Positions 1 through 13,167 of a stretch of 64,000 nucleotides of DNA are shown here, in pieces. This stretch comes from Narcine bancroftii (taxonomy: Eukaryota), in assembly GCF_036971445.1 (NCBI RefSeq), contig NC_091473.1, positions 89,280,001 through 89,344,000 of the forward strand, read 5' to 3'. A model generated the notes under the pieces. The model had not been told where the DNA came from. It saw only the letters and a list, made by a program, of their open reading frames with translations, and ran no database searches. A program made the position numbers and the translations under genes. Every line of letters begins with the position of its first letter. Position 1 is the first letter of the stretch.

Positions 1-2900
1 AAAGAAACTCTATTAGATTGGTTAAACAAGACCTACCACACACAAAGCCATGTTGACTATTCCTAATCATCTTCTGGCTATCCAAATAATTGTATATCCA
101 AACACCTTCCAATAATTTACCTACTACTGATGTCAGGCTACTGGCCTATAATTTCCAGCTTTAGTCTTAGAGCATTTTTTTAAACTATACAACAATGCAA
201 GCTACCCTCTAATCCTCTGGCACCATACCTGTGGCTAAGGATATTTTAAATATTTCTACCAGAGCCCCTGCAATTTCTACACAAGCCTCCCTCAAGGTCC
301 GAGGAAATATCTCGACAGGCCCTGAGGATTTATCTACCCTTATTTGGTTTTAAGATGGCAAGCATATCCTTCTCTAATCTGTACAAGTTCCATGACTTCA
401 CTGCTGGTTTAATTTACTTCCCATGACTGTGCCTGTTTCCTGAGTGAATACTAATGAAAAAAATTTAAGATCTCCCCCATTTCTTTTGGCTCCATACAAA
501 ACCGAACACTCTGATCTTCAAGGGGAACCAATTTTGTCCCTTACTATCCTTTTTCTCTTAATAGACCTGTAGAAACCCTGAGGAATTTTCCTTCACGTTG
601 TCTACCAAAGCAACCTCATATCTTCTCTTAGCCTTCGTGATTTATTTCTTGAGGTTTTTCTTGCATTTAAAATACTCCTCAAGTATCTCATTTTCTCCAT
701 GTTGCCTATACAGTTTTTATACCTCTCTTCTTCCAAACCAGATCCCCAATATCCCTCAAAAACCAAGAAATCCTATGCCTTCTAATCTTGCCTTTGATCC
801 TGACAGAAACCTTCAAAATATTTACTCTCAAAGTTACACCTTTGAAGGCCCTCCACTTACCTCACACCTCCTTCCCTGAAAACATCTTATCCCAATCCAC
901 GCATTCTAAATCCTTTCAAATTTCCTAAAAATTGACCTTTCTCCAATTTAGAATCTCAATCCAAGACCTAGACCCATCCTCCATAATTAACTTGAAACTA
1001 ATGTCATTATGAACTCTAGACCCAAAATGTTCCCCTACACATATTTCTGTCACCTACCCTGTCTCATTCCCTAAAAGGAGATCCAATATTGCATTCTCTC
1101 TGGTTGGTACCTCAATATATTGATTTAGAAACTTTCTTGAACATATTTTAGGAACTCCAACCCATCTAGCCCTTTTACAGTATGGGAGTCCCAGTCAATA
1201 TGTGGAAAATTAAATCTCCTACTATCACAAACTTAAGTTTCCTTCAGCGTCTGCATTCTCACGACAGATTTGCTCCTCCAATTTTTGTTGACTCTTGGGC
1301 AGTATTTAATACAATCCCATTCCTCAGCTCCACTGATATAACCTCTGTCAATGAGCCCTATGCTCTGTCCTGCCTGAGCACAGCTGTGATATTTTCCCTG
1401 TCAAGCAATGACACTCCTCCCCCTTTCATCTCCATCACCACCCCCCACCACTCCCTCCCCCCATATTCTATCGCATCTAAAGTGACGGATGCCAGTCCTG
1501 CCCTCCTGAAGCCAAATTTCACTAATGGCCACAATGTCATAATCCCATGTGCCAAACCACACTCTAAACTCATCTGCCTTTCCTGCAATATTCCTTAGAT
1601 TGAAACAGATGCACCTGAGATTATTTCCACCATGCACAATCCATTGACTTCTAATGGTGCATGCACTTTTTACATCATCTTTTCCCTCTTCCATTCCTCT
1701 ATCTGCTCTGGCACTCTGTTTCCCAACTCCTTGCAAATCTAATTTCAACCCCCTGGTACCACTAGAAACCTTCCTGCAAGGATGTTAGTTCCCCTCCAGT
1801 TTAAATGCAAATCTTCCTGTCAGAACAGGTCCCACCTTCCCTGGAAGAGAGCCCAATGATCCAGAAACCTAAAGCCCTCCCTCCTGCATCATATTTTTAG
1901 CCATGTATTAAGCTATTTCTAACCTCACTAGCACGTGGCATGAGTAGCGTCCCTGAGATTACAATCCTGGAGGTCCTGTCCTTCAACCTAGTGCCTAACT
2001 CTCCTTGCAGGACTTCCTCACCATCTCTACCCACGTCATTGCTCCCGAAATGGACCACAACATCCGGCTACTTGCCCCTTAACTTAACTTTAATTCTGCT
2101 CTGAGAATGTCATGAACTCGTTTGAAGATGTCTCAAACCCTGGCACCATCTGGGATACTCAATCTTTTCCATAGAGTCTCTTATCTGTTCCCCTACCTGT
2201 GGAATCCCCTATCACTACACCTCACCTCTTCTTTCTTCCCTTCTTAGCCACAGCACCAGACTCCATGCCAGAGACCTGATTGCTGTGGTTTGTCCCTGGT
2301 AGATCATCCCTCCCAACAGTATCCAATCTGGTATACCTGTTATTGAGGGGAATGGCCAAAGGGGTGCCCTGCACTGCCTGCCTAGTCCTTTCCTCTCTCC
2401 TGACGGTCATCTATCTACCCTCCTCTTGCTTCCTAGATGTGATAGTGTCCCTGAAACTCCTATTGTCACCCCCTCTGCCTCCCAAATGATCTGGAGTTCA
2501 TCCAACTCTAGCTCCAATTCCTTAAATTGGCATTTCAGGAGCTGCTGCTGGATGCACTTCTCGCAGATGAAGTCATCGGATACTGCTGGCTTCCCTGATA
2601 ACCCCCATTCTGCAAGAGGAGCATTCCCCTGCCTTGGCTGCCATTCCCACCGTTTATGACTAGAGGAAAAAATATCGTATCTAAGCCTGCCCTTACCTGT
2701 GCCTACCTGCTAAATCCATTTTGTTTCTTGAATAGGGTGGCCCTTTCTTACTTCAACTCTTGCACCACCACCTCAGCTTCTATTCACTGAACTCCCTTGA
2801 GCCAAACTCTTTCCTCTCTGACTCAGCCCACTCCAACAATGACCACTCTGCTACACAGTCTCTCACTTTTATGGAGATGTTTGGATCACCTGACCTCAAT
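1..2900 (-). mobile_element. CR1-clade LINE, 5' part (5' UTR, ORF1 remnant, endonuclease, start of RT), decayed; continues off the window edge
   Basis: Minus strand near 100-160 encodes a GNYRPVSLTSVVGKLLE-like CR1 RT motif. ORF 1401..1748 has an endonuclease start (NLRCICFNLRNIAGKADEF..YDIVAISEIWL). ORF 2222..2410 has an ORF1-type IPLNNRY motif. The 5' UTR segment at 2690-2830 recurs inverted at 40360-40495. Confidence 0.85.
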
Positions 2901-3156
2901 TGCCCAATCAGCTGCTCCTCTGTTTTCAAATGATTGATAAGTTACAAATGTGATTTAAAACTACATTTCTCTTTGGAAACATATAAAGGATCCTGTCCTA
3001 TTCCACTAAAGCATCAGCATAGATTTATATACTAATGTCTTGGTAAAGAGTTGATTCCACAAATATTCGACATTCCTTCTTCATATGTACCTTACTTTCC
3101 ATCAGATTTTTTTCCTCATTTTTCTTCTCATTTTTCAATCCTGCTTTGCTTTCCAG

Positions 3157-3392
3157 GAAGTATGATTGCCTGATCCAGATCCAGGCTCGAGAGCTCTCCC
3201 ACCTTCGTCAGAAGATGCGCGAGGGCAGAGGCGTCTGCCACATTCTGAAACAACACCTGAGAGACACCACCAAGTCCTTTGAGGAGTTGCTCAGGGCAAA
3301 TGATATTGATTACTATATGGGACAATGTTTCCGAGATCAGCTGGCACATGGAAGCCAACTGGCAGAGAGGATTACTCATAAACTGACTGGCC
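3157..3392 (+). CDS. PDE4DIP: Myomegalin coding exon A (KYDCLIQIQARELSHLRQKMREGRGVC...QLAERITHKLTG)
   Basis: Pyrimidine tract plus ttccag| acceptor and |gtaagt donor. Peptide closely matches remembered human myomegalin KYDSLIQDQARELSYLRQKIREGRGIC..FEDLLRSNDIDYYLGQSFREQLAQGSQL. Phase 2/1. Confidence 0.93.
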
Positions 3393-3954
3393 GTAAGTTT
3401 TTTTAAAAGTTCTTTTTTGAACTGACATTGTTTAATGGTGCATTGTCAAATAATTATGCCCATTTCGGTCAGAGAATTGATGTGCTTTTCCTTCATCTCC
3501 CACCCAACCCCAAGAGCTAAATAATCATTTTTATGGTCATGCTATATAGCTATTAGATCCAAACTCTTAATTGTGTTCAGAGTGACATTAACTAATCTCA
3601 GCAATGCTACCAGTGTGGCAATCACAAAAAGAGAAATGATTAGATTTGACTGCATTCTTCAGATCCATGGTATTCCAATTTATTTCTGAGCCAGTAGAAT
3701 ACTTTTGTGGGCTTTTGGACACTCTTCTAAAGTTAAGGGGCAGGATCACATATACTTCAAAATAACCCGATAATGTTCTTTTAAGTATTTTTTCAAAGGA
3801 TACCTGTTGTTAAAGAGAGTCTGAAACCCTTCACTCTTCTAGGGATTTTTCACCTGAGAGAGCATATGGAGCATCAATCTTATTTCAAAAAAAGTTAGGT
3901 CCCAATTTACAAATTTCCTTCAGTTTTGGACTAAAATGAGGACTAAAAATACAG

Positions 3955-4206
3955 GTGAGAGCACTGCTGTGTGAAAAATTCAGACACAAAGTCCACAGAC
4001 TGTATAACAGGCTTTAATCAGCTTAAACTTGTATACACCATGTCTCAGTACACTCTTGGCTCCACATGCCCAAGCCCTTATGCGGGCTGGTGATTGACAG
4101 CAGGCAGGTGGGGCCAGCCTCCCAGGTTGCCTACCTGCAGGTACAGTGGTTGCCCCCTGCAGTAGGCCGGTAGGCAGGCGGCCAGTGTAGTGGTTGTATC
4201 ACCACA
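3955..4206 (-). mobile_element. Short solo LTR (Gypsy-like), family LTR-s, copy 1
   Basis: Homologous to 63342-63606 and 39801-40023. Ends in caccaca and is flanked by ACAG on both sides (3951-54, 4207-10). Confidence 0.7.
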
Positions 4207-4385
4207 ACAGGTGTTACAGAAGCACTTTCACTAACTCAAGGTACAGTCTCTTTTGTACCTAAATGAAAGATTAAACCTAAAATTATGGTAACTACAATGT
4301 TGTTGAATATTTGGCATAATTTGACATTGAAATTGATTTAAGTGATTTTCTAATGTTGCACATCATCTCTTTATATATTATATAG

Positions 4386-4437
4386 GAGTCCCTTTAGAGA
4401 ACTGCAACAAAGGAGACCAGGAGCTAATTGTTGCCAG
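4386..4437 (+). CDS. PDE4DIP: Myomegalin 52-nt exon B (RVPLENCNKGDQELIVAR)
   Basis: tatag| acceptor and |gtaagg donor. Phase 1/2 links exon A to exon C in frame. Position corresponds to human KDHKSEKDQAGLEPLALR. Confidence 0.85.
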
Positions 4438-5279
4438 GTAAGGAATTGATGCTAAGAGACATTTGAACAAGGTTCTTCAGTTGGTCTAATGATCTCCATG
4501 TACTAATATTGTGATTGCGATATTCATCTTCATCATCCCTTCATCTGGGGTCTACTTGTACATTTGTAGCTTTCATCTCTATTTCTATTTAAGTAGGGAG
4601 ATGAATGTAAGACAATCATATTAAGCATTCATACATTATTATCCTGTGCTATAATGTCAAGTTATGAATTTGTGAGAAATTATCTGCTCCAGATAATTGA
4701 CAATCAGTCCCATTTCTGTGCACTTCAGTTTCTGATTGTGACAACAAAGCAAATTTTAATAGAGGAAAATTCAAACATGCAAAAGAGTGATGGAACTCTT
4801 TGGAAGCCACCAAGATGTATAGAATCAGCTGGGTATCCTCAAACATAATCCTTGATTTATCTGTCTACATTAGTGTAGTTCTGGTTCAAATTTCACAACA
4901 AATGATATTTTTTATAAACCACCATTTGAGGAAATTGTACTGCAGTATGTTTAAAATTTGAGAAGGCACTTGATATTGCATTTTTTTCTCAAAGTTCATT
5001 AGAAAAACTGCAGGCAAAATGTTTGAGAGGTAAAGGGGAAAAAAGAATTGAACTGATTGATCTTGCTCAATTCATAGACAGATTGGAAGTGCGCTCTATA
5101 TTTTGCACCAAGAATGGAGTTGCTATATGTGTTTTGAGGCCATCAGACCATGCACCATGAAATTGCTGTTTAAAACTATTGCTTAAATATATGGAGGATC
5201 AAACTCTAGAATTTAAGCCTCTTTCCAAAATTGGTGTGAGTTATTTGCAGCTTACTTTTTGTTTATTACAATCCATTTC

Positions 5280-6030
5280 TTCATACAAGACAAAAATTAA
5301 TGGAATTATAGATGGCCAAGGTTGTGAAAGGATACAAAGGAACATAAATCTGCAGAAGAGTTGGTCAGAGTGGTGGCAGTTTAAATTTAATCCAAACAAA
5401 TACTTACAGAACATAAAAAGTAAATTGCACACACCCCAGGACTGTTGATGCACAGAATGACCTTGGGGTACGAGTTCTTAGCTCCTTGAAAATAGTGACA
5501 CCGATGAATAGATAGTGAAGAAGGCATTCAACATGCTTGGTTTTGTCAGCTGGGGGAGTGAGTATATAAGTCAGGATGTCATGTTGCAGCTGTACTAAAC
5601 ATAGTCTTTTGTACAGTTCTGATCACCACACTGTGATGAGATCTACCAGCGTATAGCCTGGAATGGGGACTTCACTAAAAAACAAAGAGAAATTAAATGC
5701 CCTATGTTTAATCTCTCTGAAATATAAGATGCTGAGGATACCTTACAGAACTTGATAAAATTATGAGGAGCATAGATAGGATAGATAACGTATTTTTCCT
5801 TGAATAGGATGAATCTGAAGCTAGGTTTAAGGTCAAATATAATGGAAATCTTTATCATTCTGATGATTGTGGTTATGTGGTAGTTCGCTGCAAGAAGAAG
5901 AGGTAGAGGTGTATGGGATTACAATCTTTAAAAGACGTTTGTGGACAGGTACCACGATAGGAGTAGATGGTTTTGGGCCTAACACGGGCACATGAGATTA
6001 ACATAGGCATGGACAATGCAAATCTGTGAT
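5280..6030 (+). mobile_element. CR1 LINE 3' fragment, decayed
   Basis: RT C-terminal remnant (KTKINGIIDGQGCERIQRNI..WSEWWQFKFNPNK) followed by CR1-type 3' sequence. Confidence 0.7.
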
Positions 6031-6309
6031 TAACATCAACAGTTCTTAAATGCACCACCAGAGGCTACCACCCAAATGGTGACTTTTGTTTAATTTAGTA
6101 AATGGGCTGCAAATTAAAATTATCCCAGAAAGCAAAGTCCAAAAATGCAACAGGTCTGAGAATTGAAAAAAAAACTTCAGCTTTTAGTAGAGGGGTACAA
6201 ATAAATTGAAAAGAAAAGGTAAAGCATAATAGGGCAGCAGGCTAACGATAAGCATAAACAAATTACTACCGTTTCTATTGGCTCTGTATCTATTGCATAT
6301 TTCTATCGC

Positions 6310-7073
6310 TGATGCACAGTCGGAGAGCGCTCCTACATGGGTCTACTGCCCAGTCCTACTACCAACGGCTCCATACATGCTTTAAATGGCATGTGAAAGG
6401 AGCTAAAGGTGTTTTAAGATCCTGCAATCACAGGGTCTAGGACAAAGAGGGTGGCGCCTGTGATCAGCAGCTGCCTTGAGGTGTGCACACATGGGAAGCA
6501 GAGGACTGGAGCAGGGCACTAGAAAATCAGGAGAAAACTGCCCATTTGAGAAGCAGAGATTACCCTACAGGACGGACCATGGCAGCAGACCAGCGAGGGT
6601 TTCTGCGGCTGAAGAAAACACAGGTGATGGGCTGTTGTCAACTCAAGGTAAGGAACCCACACAAGCGGCGGGCTGCTAGTGAATTGCGGTCAAAGGACTC
6701 GCACCAGGCTGCAGCCTGCTGGAGATTGACTCAAGACTGGCTGAAGAGCGTACAAGAACCAGGATGCTGTTAACAGGAGGGTCTCCTGAAAGGCCTTGGG
6801 CACTGAAGGCTCCCTGATCGTGTTGGAGGTTTGGACCTGGAGCTCAGGTTGCTTATGGTTTGGACTGAGTCTGTGTGGCTGCAGAGAGTATGGGAGCTCA
6901 GGAGGTGAATCCACAAACACTTGGTGATTCTGAAGGGGCTCTCTTTTCCTTCTCTTTCTCAAGGGACTCCAGTGAATTTCTGCTGATGGTGAATCTTTAT
7001 CTACCTTAAAAGCAGTTTTGTGTAATATTAGATCTGTTTTACTACATGACAATAAAAGAATCTTGAATCTTGA
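6310..7073 (+). repeat. Unclassified retroposon-like insertion with AATAAA and (ATCTTGA)n tail, within a decayed CR1 fragment (about 6060-7500)
   Basis: GC-richer block ending gacaataaaagaatcttgaatcttgaa. Flanks look like CR1 sequence. No convincing ORF. Confidence 0.5.
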
Positions 7074-7639
7074 AAAATGGAAAAATTAACCAAAGATAAT
7101 TTGGATCCCACATAGAGCAAGTTAGGAGAAACTACATTAGTAAATAAGGAAATGCCAGGGAAACAAAACAAATATTTTGAATGTCTTAATGGACAAAACC
7201 TCCAAGATGCAGTCAAGGTTTACAGTAAATGATTAGCTTAAAGAAATTAGCAAAATAAATTGAAGAAATTAATGGCATTGAAAGGCAATAAATGTACAGG
7301 CCCGTGGCCTTGCATCTTGGATTTTGAGAGGTGGTGATGAAGATGATTAATGGACATGATCTTCCCAAAATTCTATTCATTTAGTAATTGTTCCTAGAGA
7401 TCCAAAGGTATATAATACAACTATAATGTTTAAGAAAACAGGGCGAGAGGATGCAGTTCACCTGGCATTAAAGATGCAGGATTAAATTCTGACGGAAAAG
7501 GAGAGAATGTACTTAGAAGAGTCACAGCAAGAAGCAGCCTTCAATCTGCCAAATTCATACCAATTTTCAAATGCCCATTTCTGGTAATCTCATTTTATTC
7601 TCTCCTCATTCCCATTGACTTGCCCCCCACCCTCAGCCC

Positions 7640-7800
7640 CTTGCATAAAGCTACCAATCCACGTGTCTTCAGGGGTGTGCGGGCTGTGAGGAAATTGGAG
7701 CACCCAGAGGAAACCTGTGAGGTCACGGGGAGACTATTCACACTAAACACAAACAGCACAAGCAGTCAGGAATGAGCCTCGGCATTTGTAGGCTCTCACA
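7640..7800 (-). mobile_element. HE1/V-SINE-like tRNA-derived SINE, old copy
   Basis: ggaaattggagcacccagaggaaacc..cacggggaga is the reverse complement of the V-SINE core. Confidence 0.7.
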
Positions 7801-7950
7801 AAATCAGTGCAGGGAATAGAGGGAGGTATAATTATTAAAGGCAATGCAAGGGCACTATCATTTGCCAGTGTCCGATCCATTCAAGAGTCTGACAACAGCA
7901 GAAAAGAGCTTGGCCTTGAATCCAGAGGTTTATGTTCTTGAGTACATTTA

Positions 7951-9223
7951 GAGTGTCCTCCATGATGTTTGGGATAAAAACATTTTTTTTTTACTTTATT
8001 TGCACCTGCATATTCCAGATTTTATTAAAGGGTATTTGTGTTAATTTTGGTTTGACCATGTAGAAATTACAGCACTTTATATACATAGTCCCCTCATTTC
8101 AGGGCATCATAATATTTGGGGCATAGCAATGGTATGTAGATTAAAAGTCATGTTTAGTACTTTGTTGCATATTCATTGGATGCAATGACTGCTTGAAGTC
8201 TGTGATTCATAGACATCACCAGGTGCTGAATATCTTCTATGATGATGCTCTGCCAGGCCTCTACTGCAGCCATCTTCAGCTCCTGCTTGTTTCTGGCACT
8301 TGTCCCCTTAAGTTTTCTCTTCAGCATATGGAAGGCATGATCAACTGGATTTAGATCATATGACTGACTTGGCCATTCAAGAATTTTCCAGTTTTTAGCT
8401 TTGAAAAATTCCTTTGTTGCTTTCGCAGTATTTTGGGGATCATTGTCTTGCTGTAAGATCAAGTGTTGTCCAATGTGTTTGGGGGTTTTTGCTTGAACGT
8501 GAGCAGATGAGATGTCTCTATACACCTCAGAATTCATTTTGCTACTGCCATCAGCAGTTACATCATCAATGAAGATGAGTGTGCCAGTATCTCTGGCAGC
8601 CAAACATGCCCAGGCTTAACACCTGTTTCACAGATGTGGTGATCTGCTTTGGATCTTGGGCAGTTCCTTTACACCTTCACACTTTGCTCTTGCCATCACT
8701 GATACAGATTATTCTTTGTCTTATCTGTCCATATGACCTTTTTTCCAGAATTCTGCAGGCTCTTTTAAATACCTTTGGGCAAATTGTAACCTGGCCATCC
8801 TGTTTCTACCGCTACCTAGTAGTTTGCATCTTGCAATGTAGCCTCTGTATTTCTTTTCATGAAATCTTCAGCTGACAGTAGTCATTGACATATCCATATC
8901 TGCCTCCCGAAGAGTGTTTCTGATCTGTCAGACAGGCAATTGGGGATTGGTAATCCTAAGGTCTGGGCAATATCTCTTACTGTTATATTCTTGTTCTTCA
9001 GTCTCATAATGGCTTCTTTGACTTTCATTGGCACAACTCTGGTCCTCATGTTGAGACAACTACAGACTCCAAAGGTGATCAAAAGTTTCGAAGCCAGCCT
9101 TGCTCTCTTATACTTTCCCCAGTGAAGCAATTAAACATGCCTGAGTATCACAAGCATCTATGAAGCCAAATGTCCCAAAGATTATGGTGTCCTGAAATGT
9201 AGAGCATCTTCTGGAAGGCACTG
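7951..9223 (-). mobile_element. Tc1/mariner transposon (IR/DR type), internally deleted
   Basis: TA|gagtgtcctcc ... ggaaggcactg|TA termini, inner direct repeats near 8100 and 9170. Transposase ORF 8154..8603 (LQQDNDP, WPSQSYDLNPVDH) and N-terminal helix-turn-helix remnant in 8882..9130. Confidence 0.92.
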
Positions 9224-9428
9224 TATATTCTGCCTGATGGAAGGGGGAAGAAGGGATTATGATTTGGGTGGGATGAGCCTTTTAATAACAGAAGGGAGAT
9301 TGGTTTTTGTTTTGGCTTGAATTGCTTTTACTGCTATCTGCAGTTTTTTTTGTAGTCTTGGGAAAAGGAGTTCCCTTAGGCTGCGATACATCCAGACAGG
9401 ATACTTTCTATGGTATACCTGTATATAT

Positions 9429-10414
9429 TGTTATAGGCCCACAGGACCCCAAAACCCAGCAGCAATAGAAATTCACCAAGACAAAAGTTACTTTTAATTT
9501 TCTTTAAACATGAAAACGGGATCAAACTTTAATTTATTACTATTAACTTAACCTAACTTAATCCCCTCCTAATTCTAAGCACGCAATTAATGTATGTATA
9601 ATTTCAGAAAAGTTCTTTGATTCATAGTCCAATCTTACTTTTCACTCCTCCAAGTTCACTGGTAACAGGCAATTCTTGTACTGTGCACAAAATTTAACAT
9701 TTATGAATCTTTACTAGGCTTTGGTGCTTGAAAGGTAAATGGTTACTGCTCAGGAAGGTTCTTGTTGGTTTTCAGAGAGAGATTTGTTGCTCGTTGGACA
9801 CAAACTGATTCCTTCCAATCGACCACTTCAATGTCTTACCAAAGAATCTTGCCCCATCAGGGTTTTCCAGATGATGACCTCTTTCTTTCAGGTCACCACA
9901 GAGTTCCTTTTCTGTTTCCCTTATTTCAAGTGAAACATTATACAGCCAGCCATCCCCTCCTGTATGGACCACAAGGGCTTTAACCAGACTGAACTAAGAA
10001 CTTGCAACCCATCTTCAAAATGGGGTCTTTCCACAAGCTTGCTAGCTTGTCATGTTCTCATTCTCTCTCTATCTCTCTCTTTGCAAAACCACATGACCTT
10101 CCGAGAACCGCAAACTGCATTCAGACAGAAGGTGACACCGGACCTAATCTTTGAGTCCATTCATTTGTTGCTTCCCAAAAGAATAATCCATTAGTCCACA
10201 GCATGTCCAATTAACACCTACTTGTGAAGTCCTTATAGGCATTCTTCAAAGTTTTTGCAAAGGCACTTGGAGCCTGGACTGTCTGGCTTGAGCAGAGCTC
10301 CAGCATTTTAAATGAGATCTGTTTTGAAGTGATTGTATTTGTGTGTGACCTATCTAAAAACCCCACAATCTATCTTCCCTATATACAATATAAAATATTA
10401 CATAATCTGTCACA
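9429..10414. mobile_element. Solo LTR, about 986 bp (family LTR-L), copy 1
   Basis: TG...CA ends (tgttata...tgtcaca) with a perfect 4-bp TSD ATAT. Homologous over its length to 18118-19202. Confidence 0.85.
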
Positions 10415-10874
10415 ATATAAAAAAATATATTGGTAAGAGACCTCAGGAACATGCTAAATTTCCTTAGGCTTCTAGGAAAGTGAAGTTCATTACATAACAT
10501 CAACATGGTTAGACCATTGCAGATTGATAGTTATATGTCCTCCTAAGAACTTGAAGCTCGCCACTCTCTCCACCTCAGACCATTGGTATGCAAGTATGAT
10601 CTGAATCATATATCACCAAAGAACAATAAAACAGGATAGATTAATGTAATACTCATTGGATCACAATATTACTGATATAAAATGTACATTTAGTGTGTTG
10701 AGAGGCTTTGAGTGTCTCTTCATAATAGCATCTACAACTGCCAAACCACTGCCATTCTGTGCCTTTCTTCCCTCTTGAACCCTTCCTATAGTGCATCTGT
10801 GACTAGCTATTGAAAAGATAGCCAGGTCAAATTGATCATCATGGCAAGACTGAGTGGCTCTGGATGCGAAATTT

Positions 10875-12600
10875 ATTCCTTTTTTAATATTTTATTTAAA
10901 GTTTTAACAACCATGGACAGACAGAGTAATTAAGACATACATGGTTTGTATATATTTAAAAAAACTCTCCCCTCTACACCTCCCTAACCCCTTATACTAA
11001 TCATGCCCCCACTCCCCACATCTCAATCCTTAAATCTCTAATAATCCTACTAACCCCTAAAAGAAAAATAGGAAAAAAAGAAAAAGAAAGAAAAAAAAGG
11101 TTAACCAGAAGTAACCAAAAAATACACAGTAACTAATCATTGTGTGATGGGGAATATCCTGCTACATCCAGGTCCAGGTCTTTAAAGTTTTAAATCCATT
11201 ATAATCCAAGTAAGGGCTCCAAACCTTCCAAAAATCAAAAATATTTATCTCGCAGATTATATGTTATTTTTTCCAAAGAAATACAAGATCTCAATTCTGA
11301 ATGCCATCTTTGTAAATTAAGTTCTATTTGATCTTTCAACGTAATTGCAATACACTTCCTTGCTACTGCGAGCAGTGATCTAAATAAAGCTATTTGAAAT
11401 TTGTCCAGACCTAATTTCAAACACGTTGTACTTGTATCACTAAAAAATTGGTGGGTCCAAAGAAAATTTAATTTTAAAAACATTTTGTAGAAATTCTCTA
11501 ACCCTAGACTAAAAAACTTAAATTTTTCCACATGACCATACTAAATGCAAAAAAGTCCCTTTTTCCTTCTAACATCAAAAACATAAATCAAAAGATATAA
11601 TTTTATTTTTTTTTAATCATTCTGGAGTTAAATATAATTGATGAATAAAATTATAATGAACAAGTCTATACCTAACATTAATCTTTGTCATACTATTTTT
11701 ACAAATAGTTTGCCAATGCTCTATACTAAATTCTACCCCTAAATCCTTTTCCCATTTTAATCTTGGCTTATGTAAATATATCTTACACTTTTTTTGTTGC
11801 AATAATTTATACATTTTGGATATAAATCCTTTCTTTCCACCTTCCCAAATTATCATTTCAAATTTTGATTCCTTTGGAAGCTCCAAATTACTCCCATAAA
11901 AATCATGTAGCAACAATTTAATTTGATAATATCAAAAAAGTGTATGATATCTTTCTTTCATTCTCTCAAACAAAAGATATTGACTTAATTCATAACAATT
12001 ATTCACTGTCTTAATACCTTTCTGTTCCCAAATCTTAAGGAGTTGATTATTAATTGTAAAGGGAAAAAGCTTATTCTGATACAAAGGAGTATATCTCAAT
12101 ATTTTACTTTGGGGACCAATTTCCTTATTCACTTTCTCCCATATTCCTATCAAATGAGACAATATTGGTGACTTATGCGAATATAACAACTTTTTGTTCC
12201 ATTTATATACAAATTGATCCCTTCTATTTTCATTAATTCATTTTAACTCTATATCTGCCCACGTCAACAAATTATCAGAGTCAAACATTCTATTAATACA
12301 TTTTAATTGAGCACCTTTATAATAATTTTGAAAAATTGGAAGTTGTGAAGCTCCTAATTCATATTTCCATGTTAATTTCTGAGTAGATACTCTTACCATT
12401 TTATCTTTCCATAAAAGTTTTCTCACTATTACATTCAAATCTTTTTTTTAAATTAGGTAATTTATACGGGATAGATGGAAAAATATGTTGAAGTCTTGGA
12501 AATATATTCATTTCAATACAATTCACTCTTCTTATTAAGGTTATCGGTAAATCTTTCCATCTCGGTAAATCATTTTAAATGTTAGGAAATAATGGTAAAT
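10875..12600 (-). mobile_element. L1-clade LINE, 3' part of ORF2 plus 3' UTR and A-rich tail
   Basis: Frameshifted ORFs 12438-11235 (KWEKDLG, YRLVHYNFIHQLYLTP, ARKCIAI, SLEKITY). T-rich tail at about 10875-10900. Confidence 0.88.
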
Positions 12601-12829
12601 TTCATTCATTATTTATTATTTATTATTATTTAGCAAAATTTATTCCTTGGCAAGAAACTTATCATCTTTTGAGTTGAGTCCACATATCTTTATCAATCGT
12701 TACCATTGTGTCTGCGACACAATTTGGAATGGGACCTGTTTCTGCCATGTGGATTAAATTTTCTGGTCTAAATTATGATTTATGTCCAACTTTCCTCTTT
12801 AGAATGCCTGTCCACAAAAAAAGATATAG

Positions 12830-13050
12830 CCAAAATAAAATAAGAAAAATTCTTGGAATAATCAGCCACGAAGGATAGGGAGGCAGTTATATTTTTAGGT
12901 CAACTTACTCAGAACTCATTCTGATTTTTTTTTAAATCATAAAGGTGAAAGGTTTACTGTTGTTTCTCTCTCTCTACAGATATTTGCTGAGTATTTCCAG
13001 CATTTTCTGCTTTGCATTCAGATTTACAACAAATAAAATGTTTTGCTTTT
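12830..13050. repeat. Short inverted-repeat element derived from Penelope ends, old
   Basis: aagaaaaattcttggaataatcagc ... tgctgagtatttccagcattttctg. Similar to 44030-44190 and 44810-44990. Confidence 0.5.
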
Positions 13051-13167
13051 TAAGGAAAAATCTAATCTGGGTAACATACCACTTAGCTAATTCATTTTGA
13101 AGTATCAACTAAGTGATGACATGGATATTGCTGATTGAAGTACTCCTTGATTGCAGGTATCTGGGAA

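Larger units (their letters stand above)
7810..10600 (-). mobile_element. Rex1/Babar LINE 3' fragment acting as host for a Tc1 (7951-9223) and a solo LTR (9429-10414)
   Basis: Segments 7810-7950, 9224-9428 and 10415-10600 are collinear with the Rex1-type copies at 13170-13975 and 30880-31725. Confidence 0.6.

Noticed and set aside
8154-8603. Active or domesticated transposase
   Set aside because: The frame is broken, the middle of the gene and most of one TIR are deleted, and the catalytic region is altered (DLNPVDH).
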